NCBI GenBank assembly: GCA_903938575.1
Contig: CAJADV010000404.1
Location: 1 to 44,045, forward strand
Source of the DNA: an uncultured Gammaproteobacteria bacterium
GTDB taxonomy: Bacteria > Pseudomonadota > Gammaproteobacteria > Pseudomonadales > UBA5518
Reading direction: 5' to 3'
DNA: 44,045 nucleotides
This document shows positions 36,712 through 44,045 of this stretch, piece after piece (within the stretch, counting starts at the first letter, position 1; the number at the start of each line of letters is the position of its first letter). The notes beneath the pieces were generated by a model. That model had not been told where the DNA came from, searched no databases, and worked only from the letters and a program-made list of their open reading frames with translations. The position numbers and the translations under genes are program-made.

Positions 36712-37617
36712 ATGCCTGAAACGGAGATCTTTGTGTCTGGGACCTCCCTGGCCCGACGCCTGAACATGCCTACCCGGGAGCTGTTTCGGCTGCTCTCAGA
36801 ACACGGTTGGATACAGCGTCAGGGTGAGCAGTGGCGGTTGACTGGCAAGGGTGAATTCGAAGGCGGGCGCTACCGCCACAGCGAACGCTTCGGCCAGTAC
36901 ATCGCCTGGCCAGAGACGCTGCTCCAGCACCGTATTTTCAACGCGGGCCAAGAGCACGGCCTGCTCGGCTCGGCAATGCTTGGCGAGCGCTTCGGGCTTT
37001 CTGCCCGTCAGGTCAATCTGCTCCTGCACGAACTCGGTTGGATACGACGGGCCCTCAGGGGCTGGGAGATCACGCCGCGGGGAAAGGTCCTGGGAGGCAT
37101 TCAGGAGGAGTATCCGGATACCGGCGTGCCCCATGTCCGCTGGCCTGCAGCCATCCAGTCGCATCCCGTGCTGGAGCAGAATTTACGCGTGATGCACGCC
37201 TACGAGCACCTTGGCGAGGCAGAGGGCGTGGATCTGTTCGCCGACCCGGAGGCAGATATCTGCGTCGAGCTTGCCGGTGACAAGGCGCTGCGCGCACTCG
37301 ACGGACATGTCCTGCAGAGCAAGGCGCACCTCATGATCTGCCATTGGCTGTATATGTCGGGGATCGTGCATGCGGCAGGCAGGCGCTTGCCTGTCGAGGG
37401 CGATTACAGGTCCGACTTCTACCTGCCTTCCCTGCAGTTGTATCTCGAGTATTGGGGCGACGAGAACGCACCCGGGCAACTCTCGGCCAAGCTTGCCAAG
37501 CGCGCCGTCTACGAGCGGCATGGCCTCAGTCTGCTGGAACTGGATGCGGAGGATCTGCCCCGGCTCGATGAGGTGCTGCCGCGCAAGCTCCTCAAGCATG
37601 GACTCGCTGTTTATTGA
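36712..37617 (+). CDS. Putative DNA-binding protein: two antirepressor-like wHTH repeats plus a C-terminal restriction-endonuclease-like domain
   Basis: Repeats LARRLNM..RELFRLLSEHGWI..WRLTGKG / LGERFGL..RQVNLLLHELGWI..WEITPRG; C-terminal DGHVLQSK...SDFYLP..LYLEYWG. Confidence 0.7.
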   Translation: MPETEIFVSGTSLARRLNMPTRELFRLLSEHGWIQRQGEQWRLTGKGEFEGGRYRHSERFGQYIAWPETLLQHRIFNAGQEHGLLGSAMLGERFGLSARQVNLLLHELGWIRRALRGWEITPRGKVLGGIQEEYPDTGVPHVRWPAAIQSHPVLEQNLRVMHAYEHLGEAEGVDLFADPEADICVELAGDKALRALDGHVLQSKAHLMICHWLYMSGIVHAAGRRLPVEGDYRSDFYLPSLQLYLEYWGDENAPGQLSAKLAKRAVYERHGLSLLELDAEDLPRLDEVLPRKLLKHGLAVY

Positions 37618-37916
37618 GCTCTGCCGACGTCCGCGGCGAAGGCACTCATTGCCTCTGCCAACAGCATGTCCAGCTCCGTTACGCCACCGACGTCGTGTGT
37701 GTTCAGTTGCACACGCACCCTGTTGTAGACGTTGAACCAGTCGGGGTGATGATCCAGCTGCTCTGCCCGCATGGCCGAGCGGGTCATGAAGGCAAACGCG
37801 GACGAGAAATCCTTGAACCTGAATTCACGTACCAGCCGGTCGTCGCGATGCTCCCACCCTGGCAGGGACGCGAGCCGTGAGGCCACATCGGTGTCGGGAA
37901 GCCGGGTCGGTCTCAT
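37611..37916 (-). CDS. phhB: Pterin-4-alpha-carbinolamine dehydratase
   Basis: FRFKDFSSAFAFM, AEQLDHHPDWFNVYNRV and THDVGGVTELD motifs. Confidence 0.92.
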   Translation of the reverse strand: MRPTRLPDTDVASRLASLPGWEHRDDRLVREFRFKDFSSAFAFMTRSAMRAEQLDHHPDWFNVYNRVRVQLNTHDVGGVTELDMLLAEAMSAFAADVGRAQ

Positions 37917-37921
37917 GGTTG

Positions 37922-39031
37922 TTAGTCTCCTGATGCCTGTTTTTCCAACAGCACGCCGCACTCCATGTGGGGTGTGTAGGGGAATTGGTCGAACAATGCC
38001 GTTCGCGTGATCCTGAAATCAGGGCCCAGCGCTTGCAAGTCCCGGCACAGCGATTGCGGATTGCACGATACGTAGACAATGCGCGGGAAATTTGCGGCCA
38101 GCGCAAGCGTATCGGGATCAAGGCCTGCGCGCGGAGGATCCACCAGCAGTGTCTGTGGATGGAATCCATCGAGATCGAAATCCTTCAGGCGGCGGAATGG
38201 CCGTTCACGGGCCATCGCCGAGGCGGCCTCAGCGCTCGAGAGCCTGGCGACGACGGTGTTTTCGATGCCGTTAGCAGCCAGGTTGTGGCGGGCGGCAGAG
38301 ATCGCGGCAGCCCCTATTTCAGTGGCCAGCACCTGACGGAAGCACCCGGCCACCGCAACCGTGAAGTTGCCGATGCCGCAGTAGAGCTCGAGCAGATCAC
38401 CGCCGCCTGAGTCGGCGCAGGCGCGTGTCGCCCAGCCGAGCATTGCCTGATTCACCGCTGCATTTGGCTGGGTAAAACTGCCTTCGGGCTGCCGGTAGCT
38501 CAGTCGGCGCCCCTCGACCTCGAGACTCTCCAACACCCAATCCCGCTCCAGCACCACGCGCTGTCCGCGCGAGCGACCAACGATCATCGCGCCGAGTTCG
38601 CGAGCGGCCTGCCGGGCGGCCAGCTCCCATTCCTCATCGAGTCGGCGGTGGTAGACCAGCGTGACCAGACTGTCCCCGGCCAGCGTATCGAGGAATTCGA
38701 CTTGCCAGAGTTTTCGCTTGAGCACGGGTAACGTGGCCAGCACCTGCAGCAGTTGCGTCATCAGCGCGTTGATCCGGAGCGATGCGGTGGGAAACTCCCG
38801 CAGACGCACTTGCTCGCGTGAGTCAGGGCCGCCGAACATCAGGTAAAAGGTCTCTTCTCCTTCGTGCCAGACGCGGAACTCCGCCCGCTGCCGGAAGTTA
38901 ATGGGTGCCGAGGCATGCACCTCGGGTTCGGGTGCGCCCAGCGGCGCGAGCAAACCGATCAGATGCTCCCGTTTGCGCTGCAGTTGTGCCGCTGCTGCGA
39001 CCTCGCTGTATTCCTCGGGCAGGGGATTCAT
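37922..39031 (-). CDS. trmA: tRNA (uracil-54-C5)-methyltransferase TrmA
   Basis: FRQRAEFRVWH, SFTQPNAAVN, LLELYCGIGNF, VDPPRAG, YVSCNP and DQFPYTPHMECG motifs. Confidence 0.93.
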   Translation of the reverse strand: MNPLPEEYSEVAAAAQLQRKREHLIGLLAPLGAPEPEVHASAPINFRQRAEFRVWHEGEETFYLMFGGPDSREQVRLREFPTASLRINALMTQLLQVLATLPVLKRKLWQVEFLDTLAGDSLVTLVYHRRLDEEWELAARQAARELGAMIVGRSRGQRVVLERDWVLESLEVEGRRLSYRQPEGSFTQPNAAVNQAMLGWATRACADSGGGDLLELYCGIGNFTVAVAGCFRQVLATEIGAAAISAARHNLAANGIENTVVARLSSAEAASAMARERPFRRLKDFDLDGFHPQTLLVDPPRAGLDPDTLALAANFPRIVYVSCNPQSLCRDLQALGPDFRITRTALFDQFPYTPHMECGVLLEKQASGD

Positions 39032-40053
39032 GTTGTGCCGCCTGGCCATTGACCGCGTTGTTTCCAGAGCTCGTTTGCCGCCTCGCGTGCTGCGACGGGT
39101 TCGCCGGCCGCCCCCGCGCAAAGTAGCGCTACCGCTGCGGTTTGCAACACGGCTTCCAGCCCATAACCGTTTGGTGCGACGTCATCCCACAGGGTGCGCA
39201 GCGGAGCGGTTCGGGCAACATCAGGTTTGAGGGCGCGCTGAGCCAGCCGCCGCGAGAGGTTCAGGGTTTGCTGGCCGGCACCGGAGGCCAGCGAAACTAC
39301 GGTGTCGGCATCCGGACGAATTTCACACTCGCCGCCCTCGCCACGGAATACCCCCACGGCTGACTGATCGAGCGCCACCGCCGTCTCCGCATGCAGACGC
39401 GCGTAGGCGGGATGGTGCAGGCTGCGCAGCCCGGTTCTGGCGTGGCCAGGATCAATGTGACGGATGATCGTGTTCACGGGCGAGCGAAGCCCGAACTCAG
39501 CCCGCTTGTCCATCAGCTGCTGCAGTGCAGGGGAGATGATGCGAAGTGGCAGATAGGCGAAACTGCCCTTAGCGAGATGTGCGATGGCTTCTGGCCATGA
39601 ACACGCGGGTGCGATACCCAGCTCCGTCAGTGCTTGCTCTGCGAATAGCCGGTCGTTGGCGTGTGGACCACAGCCGTGCATAAGCACCCGAAGGCCAGAA
39701 CCGGCGAGCAACAATGCCGACAGGAGATACCAGGGATGGTGCTGCCGTTTGCCGGCGTAGCTCGGCCAATCGAGATCAATCGGGATGCCGTGAGGAGGCG
39801 CGGTGATGTGGCTGCGTGCTGCGCGCACCATGCCTGCCATCTCTGCTACGGTTTCTTCCTTGAAGCGGAGCAACATGAGGAACGCGCCCGTCTGGGCATC
39901 TGTGGCCTGTCCATCCAGGATCATCCCGAACGCTTGCTCGGCTTCGTGCTCGTCTAGCGCGCGCCCTGCAGTTTTGCCGCGCCCGAGTGCCCTGACGAAC
40001 GGCGCAAATGGATGCACCACCACGCGCGGTGCTGCGGCAGAGTTATCTGTCAC
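39028..40053 (-). CDS. YbiB/TrpD2-like 'glycosyl transferase family 3' protein
   Basis: HPFAPFVRALGRGK, GAFLMLLRFKEET, DLDWPSYAGKR, GLRSPVNT and FRGEGGE motifs. Confidence 0.82.
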   Translation of the reverse strand: MTDNSAAAPRVVVHPFAPFVRALGRGKTAGRALDEHEAEQAFGMILDGQATDAQTGAFLMLLRFKEETVAEMAGMVRAARSHITAPPHGIPIDLDWPSYAGKRQHHPWYLLSALLLAGSGLRVLMHGCGPHANDRLFAEQALTELGIAPACSWPEAIAHLAKGSFAYLPLRIISPALQQLMDKRAEFGLRSPVNTIIRHIDPGHARTGLRSLHHPAYARLHAETAVALDQSAVGVFRGEGGECEIRPDADTVVSLASGAGQQTLNLSRRLAQRALKPDVARTAPLRTLWDDVAPNGYGLEAVLQTAAVALLCAGAAGEPVAAREAANELWKQRGQWPGGTT

Positions 40054-40373
40054 AGGCAGTGCTCGGGGCGGGGCAGCCCCGCGATACGTGCAGCCACTCG
40101 CGCGGGACTTTCCGGGAACAGCTGCAGTAAATAGACGCTGCGGCCCTTGTCTGCGCCGAGTTCGCGGCGCACCACGCTCACCATGGCACGCATGGCAGGC
40201 GAGTGACCGTGCTTGCGGAAATATTCGCGCAGCACCAGCACGACTTCGAGTCGGCAGCTGTCGAGCTCCAGTCCCGCAGTGCTCGCAAGGCTGGCAGCCA
40301 CATCTTCGTTCCAGGTGCTCCAGTCCGCAAGGAATCCATCGGTATCGAGCAAGGGCAGAATGGCAGGCTCCAT
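40050..40373 (-). CDS. tusE: Sulfur carrier TusE (DsrC family, single C-terminal Cys)
   Basis: DGFLADWSTWN, SPAMR and LFPESPARVAARIAGLPRPEHCL motifs. Confidence 0.88.
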   Translation of the reverse strand: MEPAILPLLDTDGFLADWSTWNEDVAASLASTAGLELDSCRLEVVLVLREYFRKHGHSPAMRAMVSVVRRELGADKGRSVYLLQLFPESPARVAARIAGLPRPEHCL

Positions 40374-40389
40374 GTGCACGGGTTCCTGC

Positions 40390-40689
40390 TCAGAACCAGC
40401 TGACGGAGCGGGCATGCTCGCAGGCAAGCGACACGAAACCCGGGTAGTCGAGTGCATGCGCGAATGGGGCACGCGCATGAATGGCGCGGATCGCGCAGTC
40501 TTCTTCGATGGCATAGATCGTGATCGCGTCGGGCAATGCCGCGAGGCGCTCTGCAGCTTGACTGTCACGCAGTGCCGCATACACACCATCGCCCAGCAGC
40601 AGCACTGCATCGGCTGGCCGCAGCGCGGCGCAGCATGCGTCGAACACGTCGGTGTTCGCGGGCGAGGTGGAAAGGATGTGCAGTGTCAT
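40390..40689 (-). CDS. tusB: Sulfur relay protein TusB/DsrH
   Basis: MTLHILSTSP, AVLLLGDGVY and DYPGFVSL...SVSW motifs. Confidence 0.85.
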   Translation of the reverse strand: MTLHILSTSPANTDVFDACCAALRPADAVLLLGDGVYAALRDSQAAERLAALPDAITIYAIEEDCAIRAIHARAPFAHALDYPGFVSLACEHARSVSWF

Positions 40690-40695
40690 CGCGTA

Positions 40696-41055
40696 TCAGG
40701 TCATAAGCACGATGTCGTGCGTATCGTGGAGTTCGGCGATCGCGCGCTCGTCAAGAATGCGGCAACCGGGAACCAGTGTCGTGCTAGCGATGCCACGTGC
40801 TGCCAAAGCGTCAGCATCGGCCAGCAGCGGGGTTATGCCGTAGTCGGGAAGTGCACCCAGCAGGCGCTCAATGCTGCGCACGCCGTCCTCTGATTGTCCG
40901 GGCATGAGGTTCAGCACACCATCTCCGGCGAAGAGCAGCGAGACCTGCTGATCGAAGGCGCCGAAAGCGAGGGCGAGATCCACCGCCTCGCGCGCACGCG
41001 GGCCACCGGCAGCGGATGCGCGGCATATCACGAGTACGCGTGTGGTCTGATTCAC
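40696..41055 (-). CDS. tusC: Sulfur relay protein TusC/DsrF
   Basis: AREAVDLALAFGAFDQQVSLLFAGDGV, LPDYGI, LAARG motifs. Confidence 0.82.
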   Translation of the reverse strand: MNQTTRVLVICRASAAGGPRAREAVDLALAFGAFDQQVSLLFAGDGVLNLMPGQSEDGVRSIERLLGALPDYGITPLLADADALAARGIASTTLVPGCRILDERAIAELHDTHDIVLMT

Positions 41056-41062
41056 GGGAACA

Positions 41063-41455
41063 TCAGCCGCCGAAACTGATCAGGCGCTCGCCGCGCAGCG
41101 TGGCGTCGACGAGTTGTCCGAGTCCCGCGAGTTCGAACCCCTCGCGCATGCTTGCGCCTGGCAGGTTGTGGCGTGCCGCTTCACGCCCATCGACCACGCC
41201 GTGTCTCAGGGCGGAGCCGATACAAGCCATCAGTTCGATGCTGTGCTCCGCGGCGAGCGCTTGCCACAGGTGGGGCAGATCCGCGGCGCCCGCGGGCGGC
41301 ACGAGAAAGGCGCTGGCATGCGCTGCTCCCGCACCGTAGAAAAACACCCGCGCTATCGAGTGTCCTCCCGCGAGAACGGCCTCGGCAAAGCGATAGGCTG
41401 CGAGGCTGGATGCCACGCCTGTCGGACTGCCCTGCACGAGAATCGCGAAAATCAT
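41063..41455 (-). CDS. tusD: Sulfur relay protein TusD/DsrE
   Basis: AYRFAEAVLAGGH, VFFYGAG, active Cys in LMACIGSALRHG, GFELAGLGQL. Confidence 0.88.
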   Translation of the reverse strand: MIFAILVQGSPTGVASSLAAYRFAEAVLAGGHSIARVFFYGAGAAHASAFLVPPAGAADLPHLWQALAAEHSIELMACIGSALRHGVVDGREAARHNLPGASMREGFELAGLGQLVDATLRGERLISFGG

Positions 41456-41513
41456 GACTGCGCAAACGACACGGCCCCTCGAGGGGGCCGTGCGGTGACC
41501 CCGGGATGGGGCA

Positions 41514-42170
41514 TCAGTCGTCACCGCCTACGCCGATCAGGTGGAGCAGGGTGGTGAAGAGGTTATAGATCATCACGTAGAGCGTCACGGTAGCCGAGAT
41601 GTAGTTGCGCTCGCCGCCATGGATGATCTGGCTGGTCTGCCACAGGATCATCCCCGAGGAGAGGAACAGGAACATCCCGGTCACGAGCATCGACAGCGCC
41701 TGGATATGCAAGAAGGCATTGGCGAGCGCCGCCACAAACGCTACGAGCATGCCGGTGACCAGAAAGCCGGTGGCAAAACTGAAGTCCCTGCGAGTGATCA
41801 ACACGTATGCGGAGAGTCCGCCGAAGATCACTGCCGTTCCGCCAAGTGCCATGAGGATGGGCTCGAAACCGGACAGCCCCACGTAGTGGTTCAAAACGGG
41901 TCCGAGGCTGAAGCCGAGCCAGCCGGTGAGGGCGAACACCCAGCCGATCCCGGCTGCAGAGTTTTTTGTCTTCTCGACCATGTACAGAAGGCCGAAATAC
42001 GGCAGCAGCATGAAGAGACCGAGATAAGGCACGCGCAATGCCATCGAGATCCCGGCCGTCAGTGCACTGAAAAGGAGTGTTAGCGAGAGCAGCGCATAGG
42101 TATTGCGCAGAACCCGTGTCGCGCTTTCATCAATCGTTGTGCTGCGAGTGGTCTGAATGCTTCCGGCCAT
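41514..42170 (-). CDS. yccA: Bax inhibitor-1 / YccA family membrane protein
   Basis: VLRNTYALLSLTL, GFSLGPVLN and IIHGGERNYISATVTLY motifs; about 7 TM helices. Confidence 0.9.
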   Translation of the reverse strand: MAGSIQTTRSTTIDESATRVLRNTYALLSLTLLFSALTAGISMALRVPYLGLFMLLPYFGLLYMVEKTKNSAAGIGWVFALTGWLGFSLGPVLNHYVGLSGFEPILMALGGTAVIFGGLSAYVLITRRDFSFATGFLVTGMLVAFVAALANAFLHIQALSMLVTGMFLFLSSGMILWQTSQIIHGGERNYISATVTLYVMIYNLFTTLLHLIGVGGDD

Positions 42171-42236
42171 GGCCAGTTCCTTGGGTGATGTGGGGCGGCT
42201 CAAGTCTAGCCCTACGTCGGGCCGAAGTGAAATGAC

Positions 42237-42728
42237 TCAGTCGAGCGGCAAGCTGCGGCTGCACTTGAACTCGCGAAGGCTGAAGCTCGATTCGACATTG
42301 CTCACGCCGGGGTAGCGGAGCACGTGCTCCATGCACAGCTCCGAGAAGTGCTCAATGGTGCGTGCGACGACCTTCAGAAGATAGTCATAGCCGCCACTCA
42401 TCGCGTGACACTCCACGATGTGGGGCTCCTCGGCGACCTTGGCAAGGAATCGTGATGGATCCGCGTGTTTCTGCTTGTCGAGGGTCACCTGTACGAACGC
42501 GGTTACCTCCAGTCCCAGGCGGCGTCGGTCCAGCACGGCGGCGTAGCCTGCGATTACGCCGGACTCCTCGAGTTGCCGGACGCGGCGGAAACAGGGAGAT
42601 TCGGACAACCCGACCTGTTTCGCCAGCTCCACATTGCTCAGCCGACCATCGAGCTGTAACGCGCGCAGGATCTCGCGTTCATTGCGACTCAGGGCGATCG
42701 GCAAGATCTGCCGCTTATCGGCTCTCAT
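42237..42728 (-). CDS. Lrp/AsnC family transcriptional regulator divergent from hppD
   Basis: ILRALQLDGRLSNVELAKQVGLSESPCFRRVRQLE and ECHAMSGGYDYLLKV motifs. Confidence 0.92.
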   Translation of the reverse strand: MRADKRQILPIALSRNEREILRALQLDGRLSNVELAKQVGLSESPCFRRVRQLEESGVIAGYAAVLDRRRLGLEVTAFVQVTLDKQKHADPSRFLAKVAEEPHIVECHAMSGGYDYLLKVVARTIEHFSELCMEHVLRYPGVSNVESSFSLREFKCSRSLPLD

Positions 42729-42858
42729 TGGGCGGACTCCTTCGATAATGACGTCTGGGATAGAGCAAAACGGCAATTATCACCGTAGATCAGATCATAT
42801 GATGTGAGAAGAAAGTGGCTTTTTTATCGCCGCGCTCAACCCCTGCTACCGAGGAGCA

Positions 42859-43938
42859 ATGTCAGTGAACAATCTTGGCGACAACCCCATGGGGCTCGAT
42901 GGTTTCGAGTTCATCGAGTTCGCAGCCTGCGAAAAGGGTGTCATCGAACCCGTCTTCGAAGTGCTGGGATTCTCTAAAGTAGCCGTGCATCGATCCAAGG
43001 ATGTAGCCCTCTGGCGCCAGGGCAACATCAATTTCATCCTGAACCATGAAGCCCGCAGTCCTGCCGCCTACTACAGCGAGGAGCACGGCCCTTCTGCCTG
43101 TGGTATGGCTTTTCGGGTACGTGATGCCCACAAGGCCTATCACCGAGCCATCGAACTCGGCGCCCAGCCCATCGACGTGCCCTGTGGGCCCATGGAGCTC
43201 AAGCTCCCCGCAATCCGGGGTATTGGCGGTGCGATCCTGTACCTGATCGATCGTTACGAGGATGGTGTCTCCATTTACGACATCGACTTCCGCTTCCTGG
43301 CAGACGTCCCGCGACGGCCATCCGGCCATGGCCTGCTCGAGATCGATCATCTCACGCACAACGTCTACCGCGGTCGCATGGGCTACTGGGCTGCCTATTA
43401 CGAAAAGCTGTTCAACTTTCGCGAGATCCGGTACTTCGACATCAAGGGCGAACACACTGGTCTGCAGTCGCGCGCCATGAGCGCCCCGGACGGCAAGATC
43501 CGCATTCCGTTGAACGAGGAACGCAGCGGAAACGGACAGATCGAGGAGTACCTCATGGCCTACAACGGTGAAGGTATCCAGCACATCGCATTTTCCTGCG
43601 AGAACCTCCTCGACACCTGGGACCGGCTTGCAAGCGCGGGGCTGCAGTTCATGACAGCGCCTCCGGCAACGTATTACGAGATGCTGGACGAGAGACTCCC
43701 CGGTCACGGTGAGCCGGTCGAGGAACTACGGCGGCGGGGAATCCTGCTCGATGGCTCCACAACGGGGGGTGACTCGCGCCTGTTGCTGCAGATCTTCTCG
43801 CAGAACATGGTTGGGCCGATCTTTTTCGAGTTCATCCAGCGCAAGCGTGATGAGGGCTTCGGCGAGGGGAATTTCCGAGCGCTGTTCGAGTCGATAGAGC
43901 GTGATCAGGTGCGGCGAGGTGTGCTGAAGCCTGCGTAA
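42859..43938 (+). CDS. hppD: 4-hydroxyphenylpyruvate dioxygenase
   Basis: [29 protein letters not shown] and [27 protein letters not shown] motifs. Confidence 0.96.
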   Translation: MSVNNLGDNPMGLDGFEFIEFAACEKGVIEPVFEVLGFSKVAVHRSKDVALWRQGNINFILNHEARSPAAYYSEEHGPSACGMAFRVRDAHKAYHRAIELGAQPIDVPCGPMELKLPAIRGIGGAILYLIDRYEDGVSIYDIDFRFLADVPRRPSGHGLLEIDHLTHNVYRGRMGYWAAYYEKLFNFREIRYFDIKGEHTGLQSRAMSAPDGKIRIPLNEERSGNGQIEEYLMAYNGEGIQHIAFSCENLLDTWDRLASAGLQFMTAPPATYYEMLDERLPGHGEPVEELRRRGILLDGSTTGGDSRLLLQIFSQNMVGPIFFEFIQRKRDEGFGEGNFRALFESIERDQVRRGVLKPA

Positions 43939-44045
43939 CGTCAATGGCCTCTGCTCTTCCTTTTTTTTAAAACAACTCGCCTGACAAGAGTTTTCCTATC
44001 GTCACCTCATCTTTTATATTCCAGAAATTTCTCAATCTCGGATAT

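Noticed and set aside
36712-37617. Prophage remnant (antirepressor-like repeats)
   Set aside because: No integrase, structural genes or att-like repeats nearby; composition is host-like
40050-41455. Dsr sulfur-oxidation (dsrEFHC) cluster
   Set aside because: No dsrAB/MKJOP in the window, the DsrC-like protein has only the terminal Cys of the C-terminal arm, and the yccA context is typical of the Tus tRNA-thiolation relay
42171-42236. tRNA-Ser next to yccA, as in enterobacteria
   Set aside because: The spacer is only 66 bp with no T-loop GTTCRA or cloverleaf

Overview
A GC-rich, gene-dense gammaproteobacterial chromosomal segment with about 40 CDS; I saw no tRNA/rRNA, transposase, integrase or CRISPR array. 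It carries several stress modules whose cis-elements can be read in the DNA. (1) A rubrerythrin / Fe-S oxidoreductase / DUF3501 / oxyR operon has a 15/16 OxyR box abutting a sigma70 promoter. (2) rpoE-chrR (singlet-oxygen ECF pair) has two divergent TGATCC...CGTA promoters, one driving a coupled furan-fatty-acid-type (UfaD/UfaO/UfaM-like) plus photolyase operon with extra unknown genes. (3) A LexA-boxed imuA-imuB lacks an adjacent dnaE2. (4) An AT-rich intergenic element has a DARS-like DnaA-box triplet plus IHF and Fis consensus sites, directly upstream of a tandem-wHTH / nuclease-fold gene. Other content: an acyl-CoA dehydrogenase pair, ubiX, an MscK-like channel, rlmM, slyD, a divergent GNAT-peptidase C39 / RLAN-RimK pair, nhaA, a dimeric dUTPase, yccA-tusDCBE-ybiB-trmA-phhB and Lrp/hppD. 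The best candidate for an undescribed system is a putative trans-envelope signalling cassette: outer-membrane beta-barrel + exported type-1 copper cupredoxin + sensor-HAMP class III adenylate cyclase, flanked by an EF-hand membrane protein and a methyltransferase. All family assignments come from motifs read by eye, not from database searches.
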